A DNA stretch of 64,000 bases, taken from positions 746,441-810,440 of the forward strand of contig JAQGDQ010000039.1 of NCBI GenBank assembly GCA_030141605.1, given 5' to 3'. The translations under genes and the position numbers were made by a program. Below the pieces are notes generated by a model, which was given only the letters and a program-made list of their open reading frames with translations, had not been told where the DNA came from and made no database searches. The stretch is from Tubiluchus corallicola (taxonomy: Eukaryota; Animalia; Priapulida). Positions 56,801-64,000 of the stretch are shown here, one piece after another. The stretch's first letter is position 1; the number at the start of each line of letters is the position of its first letter.

Positions 56801-59800
56801 TGCTATGAAAAAGTATAAAGCAATACTTATAAAAAAAATCTGTCTATATAAAGATATATACAGATGTACATTGTTATAAGTTGATTTCAATATTATAAAA
56901 CAAGTTGTGTATTGCCTAAAATTATTGTAATGATATAGAAAAAAATAAATCAAGAAATAAAATTAAAAACATTTACGGGACTAAAAAGGTTAGATCTGTG
57001 CAGGTTTTTGCAAAATGTGCGCAACAGCCATGTTAGTATAAAACTTTTTTTTACATCGCACATCAAAAAGCTGCAAGAATTGCAAAAACATTACTCATAA
57101 TCATTGCGAGCTACATGTTGCTAATTTGTTTTAAATTGTATTATTTGAAATCAGGGGCCAAGAGATGTAATAAACAGTTGCCATCTTTTTAGGTCACATG
57201 GCTAGAAGGTCATTCATTAGCTCAGACAGTTTTTACCAATCTTTACCTTCATAAACCCCATGAAATAGAAGACAGATGTACAAAGGCATTTTCGTTGGCA
57301 TCTCTAAAGATTGTTGACATGGTGCGTGAAATAGTCAGCCGAGCTTCCGTGTTTGAAGAGGCAAGTTTTTTATTTGAATGCGGGCTTGTCGTAACCTTTC
57401 GTTTAATACAGCATTGAAAAGAAGCAACTGTATATCCACATTTGAAAACTTGATGTGTTTCACTTTGTGGCACATCGTAAAAAATCGCCGTGTTGCACAG
57501 TGAAGGTTAACTTAATGATGTACAAACAAACAATAAGCCTTTTCACAGTTTTGCTATGTGCATGTGCAGTTGTATGCCTTAAAGGTTAAAAGAACCCTAG
57601 CAACATGCCTTAACTATAACCGCCAAGTGACATGTGGGTAAAGCAAAGCCGTCTGCTGCATAAGATCAATGATTTCCGTTGCGATGCCTTGTTATTTTAC
57701 CTGAACTTTTCTTAATTATGCATTAGTCTGTGTGATGTAGAGTGACTTACTAGCATAGGTAAGGTTTTAGCTGTCTGCTAAAACTATTACTGTTACACTA
57801 GCATGGCATTGTGAAGTGTACTCAACTGTGTGGTCTGGTTCACTTAACCTTTAACCTTTCCAAGATCATCAATCACTCACTTTTGAATAGGAACTGTGAA
57901 AACTCTTATTAATTAAATTCTCATACCAAACTTGAAAGGCAGGAAATAAAAAAAGTCAGAATGCAGTCTGGATTTGAATTAAACCATTACTAGTTGCATT
58001 TCAAACACCTTAACCAATAGGTCGCCTCATCTGCCAGCCATCCAGGCAGTCTGAAGTTCTTCCAGTGTAGCTGGCCAACCAAATTCAGCATTTTTGAGGC
58101 ATCCGCAATGTAAGTAGAAGGTCCCTGGTTCAAATCCGTACTGCATTCCAACTTTCTGCATTTCCTGTCTTTCAAATTTGGTATAAAATTTAATCAATTG
58201 TTTGTTTGTGACGTTATTAGCAAAAGTTAAAAATAAACTTAGACATTAAACTTACAATAATTAAGATTATAATATATGTTTATATTAAATAATGTTGATT
58301 GTCATTTCATCAACCATCTTTTTTACCTAGGCTTGTAATTCAAATATGTTTTCCAAACTGATCATTTGACTTGACATTGTATATCATGTATGGCACTACT
58401 GGATACCAGTTTCTTTGTATATTTTATAGGAAGACTTTCAACCTGTTACATATGGCTTCAAGTTGAGTGCTGAGGTTGCAGAATTGCGTGTGATTGGGAT
58501 GGTGAAAGAAGCTGAAGAGGATGTACAGCGCATTGTCAAGGTGAGACTTTTTACTCTTAGTTATTTCGTTAGCCACCTTCTCAAAATAAACATTGACATT
58601 TTAATTATTGGCTTATTTAATCTTTGGCAGTGCTATCGACTCGTGTTTTGTGATTTCACTTCAACTTTGTAGTATTCTGCTGTTATTCTGATGGTTTGTC
58701 ATTAATCACCAGATGCCTATTATTTTTATTCAGACACTGAGCATGCAAAATCTTATAAATAAAGAACTCTTAAATTCGAAATTAGAAAACTGCATCCTAG
58801 CACAAATTCCTACTCAGTACGCTATACTCTAGTGTTGGGAATCGGTGTCATTTATTGACAAAAAATAGACATTTAAAAACAATCGATGATTTCGATTAAT
58901 GATTGATCATAACATTTTGTTTTGATAGAGTTGCGTTGGTGTGAAATTAGAACATTAAATTTTTGACTATTGCTTTATCTCTTATGTAGTGTTGCCTCTA
59001 ATTGACGCTGTGGGTTTTTGTGTCCTCCTGCTATTAAATGGCAGAAACCTGAATGTCATGGTTGACTGATTTTCGAAATTAATCGGAACAGAGCTATTAA
59101 ACTCCCATCAGTTACAGTGTGTTGAAGTAATAGTAATGCTGGGAGGTAAATAAATTGACTTGAATTGCATTGGTGCACCTTTTTATACAGTTTTGCTTCT
59201 CTGTTCATTCTAGAGTACGAGAGTCAAACAAGGGGAGGTGAGAGATGATGACATTGCAGCTCAGGTATTGATCTTGATTGTATTTCTCATATGTCCAAGT
59301 TTCTGTCACTTGGAACAGTCCGGCAACAGAAGCTTAAACTCTGCAATTAAAACTTGATCACTAACTGTATTTGCAAAAGAGTTGCAAGTTATGAATCATA
59401 TGGTGCTACATGATCATGTTACCATAGAAAAGTTAAATATTTTATGTATTTGCTTGTGAAACGTAGTACCATTTCTCGTATAATGTCTTTCGATTTTTTA
59501 TTTTAGTTTAATTTTTATTCATGTGTGACCAGGTACAGGTGAACATCTTTACAGTGAAAAATATTTAAGCTAATGTAAATGGAAAATATTTTGCAATGGT
59601 ACAGAATTTATATTATGTCATTAATGCAAATTATTTTGAAAATGCCCCAGCTTTTCTTTTTTTCAGCACGATGTCGCTTCAGCCTTATACTGTAGACTGA
59701 AATTCACTCGACTGTTTCTAGTGTCCCTTGTTTGTTTCACTAAGAGAGAAGTAAGCAAAAGTCTAATAAAGACTCATTTGAATTGGCACAATATAATAAC

Positions 59801-62800
59801 ATTATGCAAAACTACAAATATGCCTTAACGGCTTTCAAGTATGCTAGAATTATTGAAATTTGCAGTTAAATGCTTGCCGATCAATTATAGTACAGGAACA
59901 ATCTTAATGTTCCGTAACATTTTCGCTAAAACAAAGATTTGAAAGCTGTTTTGGACTGCCCGATGGGCACTACAATAATCTAGCTTGGATTACCCTCTTC
60001 AAAATGTTAGCAATTTTTGTAGGTGTACAATTGGGGCCAATGGGGCTGAATTTCAAAAATCTGCGAATCCTAATAAAACAGATATCAACTTACTCGTTTT
60101 ATCACCCTGAATAAAAAATATATAGTTTGACCTATCTTTGACCTGTTAGGTCACTATGACTACAAACTTGATAAAGTCGATGCACTTACAGTCAATGATC
60201 AAATTTGCCATAATGCTACCAGTAGAGTCAATTTGCAAAAAAATTGCAAGGAAACATTTTGTGATGTTTTCTTGTAGTATTTGTCCCACAGAGTAACTAA
60301 TTATGACGTAAAAAAACACGGCCACCATTTGTCCAAAATGAATGGGACTTTAGTTTACCAGAATGCTGAAAAAAGCATGAAACTTTGCACGGTGCTAGAA
60401 CTCATTAAGGTGATTAGTTTTGATTATGAAGTTAATCGAAATTAGTCCGATATGGCCTCATTGTCCCCCTTTTGCATACCTGCAAAAATTGTTGACATTT
60501 TAAAGAGGGTAGCCCAAGCTAGCTTTTTAGTGTCCCTCGGGCAATCCAAAATACCTTTCAAATCTTTGTTCTAGCAAAAGTGTTACTGAACATTAAAATT
60601 TTTCCTCTGCCTGTTAACTTTTAGTTATTTGTAAGTTGTATCGCTCACATCGTATCGCACTGTCCAGTCTTCGCTCATGAAGTATTATTAACATTTTAAA
60701 TTCGAGCTTGTTTCAATCTGTGCTGGTACAGCATACTTAAAGGACAAGTACAGCATACTTTGTGAAGTTTCAGTTTTACACAAAAACAGAAAAAGAATGC
60801 TGTACCTAAGACTCTCTGATACTTGTAACTTTTCCTTAATGGTTTATATAACGGGAAACTGAGTGTGAACATGTCAGTCTGGAACCTGATTTTGCATGTT
60901 TTACTCGTTAGGTGATGCCGACAAAATTCATACCTTAGTTACGACAGCATTTGCATATGTTATCATGCGTCACATTTCACTGTATAGCTCCGTTTACAAG
61001 TTCAGTGTCACAGAGACGATGTTGTATCCAAGGAAGATGTTGCTAACACAGTTGCTTAACCTGCAATTTCCAGAAGTTTCGCGAGCAAAACCAAGCAAAA
61101 TGTTTTTGGAAAAAATGTAACTTCGGGGTCCCATTTCCTTAGGAAGGAAACCAGGAAATTTATTAAAATTAATGTCAAATTTTACGGTTAGCTCTTGTAA
61201 TTAAAGAAAACTTGTTTTTATGCTAAATTTGATTTCAAAAAGAAAAACAATTGTTTATTTATTAATTAAGCAACATTTGTTTTATCTCCCTTACAAAAAA
61301 TATGTTTTTACCACATTTGTCCAAATCCTATGTGTATCTCCAACCCTACCGAGGTAAATCCAAGGGAACTTGGTACATTGGTAGTGGAATAGGGAGAAGT
61401 GTCACTATGGCGTACCTTATTTCGACTTTGAACTTCAGTGTCAGTAATGCCTATGCGCTTGCCAAATAGTTTTATTATCAGACAGTCTTAACAGCTTAAC
61501 TATCTTTTATTTATAAACATTATTTTGATATTATGGCATGTGGTGTCACTATGTAACATCAGTACGTAACTGGGACTGTTTTCTTGCAGAAGAACAATGT
61601 ATGTAACATTGTAACAATGGCAGAAAGAAAGCTTTTCTTCATTGTCTACTCTTCTGATGTTTTCATCGATTCTATTGTTACGTGTAAATAACATACGAAA
61701 GAAATAACAACTAAATAATAATAGATCATTGTTTTCAGAATTAATGTTTAATTTGGTTTAAAAATTTGCAGGATATGAAACTCGTAGTTGCTGATATTTT
61801 GAAGCATCTCACACAGTGCAAAGAATTGCTGCAAGTCATGCACACAACCATTGATATTGGAAACAAGCCAAATTCAGAGAACATTGCATCTGGTATGTCC
61901 CATGCTTGTCTGTCATTGTCCTAGCAACTTTTCTATACTCTTATATGTTACTAGCATAAAATAGTGTATTGTTGTATGTTAAAAAAATTGGATAATCTCT
62001 GGCATGTTGTCTTGCCCTGATTAATGGTTGTAAGAAAGTCTGAAACTGTGCCTTTACAGCATTTGTAACTTGCAGGATGAAAGAGCATACTTTCTCGGTT
62101 GATGGTCGATATTAGTAATAAGAAATAAAATATGATTTTTATAATTCGTCTCTGTGTGGTCATGAATGAAAGTGCGTACAGTACCAAAGTGCAAACGGAA
62201 ATGGTAATTTTCATCCTATGCTTGTCTGCAAGCTTTTTTCGAGGATTTTTGTCTTACCGTTGCTAGAAAGTTTTCGGCATCTGCATTATTAATGCTGTAT
62301 TGTTGACAAAGTACCTTAAGTCTTCTTATAAAATTCAATTTGCCCTAGAAGTTTTCAAACAAGTTTGCGAAAACTTGTGGAAAGGATTTGAATACTTTGT
62401 ATTGTTTTGCCTGACAAGCGGAAAGTGAGGCATAGGATGCTGCAACATATAAGTTAGCGAGCTTTTAAAATTATTTTGCTTGTGAGACCGCATTATAAGC
62501 AACATGAATTTACCGTTGCATGATGTGTTTGAAACTTCTTCTTTGAATCTAGTCGTACCTAGTTATTAGTTTAATAGATTCGAGTTTCTCAGCCCTATCA
62601 GGATCTAACCATATTGCCATGTTGTTTATTAGTACAGACATTCGTTTCGACAGTAACTGTCATTTTCAATGCTATAAATCAGGAAATCAGTACAATTGAC
62701 ACTACAAGCCAAGGCATAGAATGATTATACTTTCACAAGAGTGGAATTCAAATTATCAGAATACAAGTGGAAATAACTCAGAAAGAGGTTTTTATGTAAA

Positions 62801-63459
62801 GAAAACTGTAATGAAAACATAAAAATAGTGCATTACGCATTACATTCAGTGTAGATCACAACAACCATCAAACAATTAATTTAAGAAAAAGCAAAGTCTA
62901 CATACTTGGAAAAGAAACCACGTTAGAAGAATGCACATTTTTACACAATTATTCTATGCCTTGGTCAGTAGGGTCATAATTGTACTGATTATTTGTTTTG
63001 GCATGATTTATAGCATTGAAAATGACAATTGCTGTCGAAATGATCGTCTGCGTTAATAAACACCATGTTAATTCCTAGAGGCTGATTTAACCCTCAAAAC
63101 ATTTCACGTTCGACACATCAAGCAGTTTGTAGAGCAAGTGGTCTTAAATGCTGTGGAACAAATAGTACTCTCAAAAAAGCTTACATATTTTTTCTTTATG
63201 AAAATCTCTTTATGGGCAGTTTATTGCTGCAATTAGTGCTAAGTTCTTTATTAATTATATTAATTATTTATTTTTAGGCACGTATCCAACAATAATGGGA
63301 TTTGAACCTCTAGTTAACCAGCGCCTGCTTCCACCCACGTTTCCTCGCTACACCAGGATAAAATCTAGGACGGAATCGCTGACCTATCTTGATGTTCTCC
63401 TGTCAAGACTCATTCGTGTTTGCAGTGTTGTTGATTGCAATGGCTTCCATTCTGTTTTG
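53874..63459 (+). CDS. NAA35: N-alpha-acetyltransferase 35, NatC auxiliary subunit (MAK10); 5' part only, continues past window end
   Basis: Exons: 53874-53973, 55004-55037, 56061-56169, 56540-56614, 57193-57360, 58430-58540, 59214-59264, 59667-59750, 61772-61892, 63278-63459 (1035 nt, in frame). Motifs: [82 protein letters not shown]. The start codon assignment is less certain than the rest. Confidence 0.94.
57532..57910. mobile_element. MITE family A, copy 3 (opposite orientation)
   Basis: Ends AATAAGCCTTTTCACAGTT / AACTGTGAAAACTCTTATT. The body is the reverse complement of copy 2 (e.g. GACATGTGGGTAAAG, TGCATTAGTCTGTG). Confidence 0.8.
57908..58198. mobile_element. Palindromic element made of two head-to-head tRNA-like units
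   Basis: The ~70-bp arms ATACCAAACTTGAAAGGCAGGAAAT...GAATGCAGTCTGGATTTGAA and TTCAAATCCGTACTGCATTC...ATTTCCTGTCTTTCAAATTTGGTAT are inverted copies. A B-box GGTTCAAATCC is on the plus strand; an A-box-like GGCGACCTATTGGTTAAGG and a B-box-like ATTCAAATCC are on the minus strand. Confidence 0.65.
59888..60614. mobile_element. MITE with ~160-bp terminal inverted repeats (Tc1/mariner-like)
   Basis: 59891-60056 is an imperfect inverted copy of 60452-60610 (e.g. AACAAAGATTTGAAAG/CTTTCAAATCTTTGTT, CTAGCTTGG/CCAAGCTAG, TACCCTCTT/AAGAGGGTA). Confidence 0.8.
62589..63085. mobile_element. Fold-back element/MITE with ~140-bp inverted arms
   Basis: TGTCATTTTCAATGCTATAAATCA...AATCAGTACAATT...CCAAGGCATAGAAT (62658-62722) versus ATTCTATGCCTTGG...AATTGTACTGATT...TGATTTATAGCATTGAAAATGACA (62951-63027). 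Confidence 0.78.
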
Positions 63460-64000
63460 GTAAATTACTTTATTTGAATTAACTGTGACAAGCTGTGGAG
63501 CTTTTGATCTGATGTCTTTTTCCCTTGTGCCACGGAAAACTGGCAGAACGTCCAGGTCAAATTTTGCTAAATTTATTTTCTCAAGAATTTGACAAGGTGT
63601 CTTGTCTATAAAAAATTGCAATTGCCTGTTGATTGTAAGTTAAATAGGCTTTTTAAATGCACAGAAGCTATAGGTTTTCTTCGTTTGTACATTACAATTG
63701 CATGTAATTTATATAACGTGTTTTCTTTAACCAGTAATTAATTGCCTATCAATTCAGAAGACTTCTGACCACTTCCATTTACAGTACAACATAATTGTAT
63801 AGGATATTTTTGACAAAATGGAATTGTCAATGACAAATAGTTCAAAAAATGTAGTCTTTTTTTAGTTTTGGCTAGTTATGGTAATACAGTATAATTTGCT
63901 TATAACGAGTTTCAAGGGACTGTGAAAAATTGCTCACTATAAGCCAGTCTCATTATAGCCAACGTCAATTGTTTGAACACGTAAGAGGTAGAAAGGAAGC

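Larger units (their letters stand above)
57361..58429 (+). other. GC-AG intron of NAA35
   Basis: Donor GAG|GCAAGT and acceptor ttttatag|GAA. Splicing here restores the conserved VFEE|EDFQ peptide. Confidence 0.85.

Noticed and set aside
58085-58150. Functional tRNA gene
   Set aside because: Only a B-box and a degenerate A-box are present, with no coherent cloverleaf. It is treated as a tRNA-derived repeat, as are the B-boxes near 18349 and 27841.

Overview
AT-rich, intron-rich animal (invertebrate-like) genomic DNA, not prokaryotic, so most short ORFs in the six-frame track are noise or single exons. Four conserved housekeeping genes diverge from a central region. On the minus strand are exportin-7 (XPO7/RanBP16 family, 28 coding exons, ~1101 aa, 4981-34581) and deoxyhypusine synthase (DHPS, 9 coding exons, ~374 aa, 36975-44717). 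On the plus strand are an intronless NOP2/NSUN1 rRNA m5C methyltransferase (49718-51856) and the 5' half of NAA35/MAK10 (10 exons, from 53874, running off the window). A decayed, internally deleted CR1-type LINE lies between DHPS and NOP2, and a LINE ORF1 remnant lies at the left edge. Introns carry many non-autonomous DNA transposons (four with perfect 8-bp TSDs), RTE-like fragments, tRNA-derived SINE-like pieces and a ~24-bp minisatellite. The most notable items are a minimal type-I hammerhead-ribozyme-like motif antisense inside a U12-type intron of XPO7, a palindromic element made of two head-to-head tRNA-like units, an RTE fragment with a 44-bp flanking duplication, a GC-AG intron in NAA35, and the retrogene-like NOP2. 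All homology calls come from my recognition of translated motifs; no searches were run.
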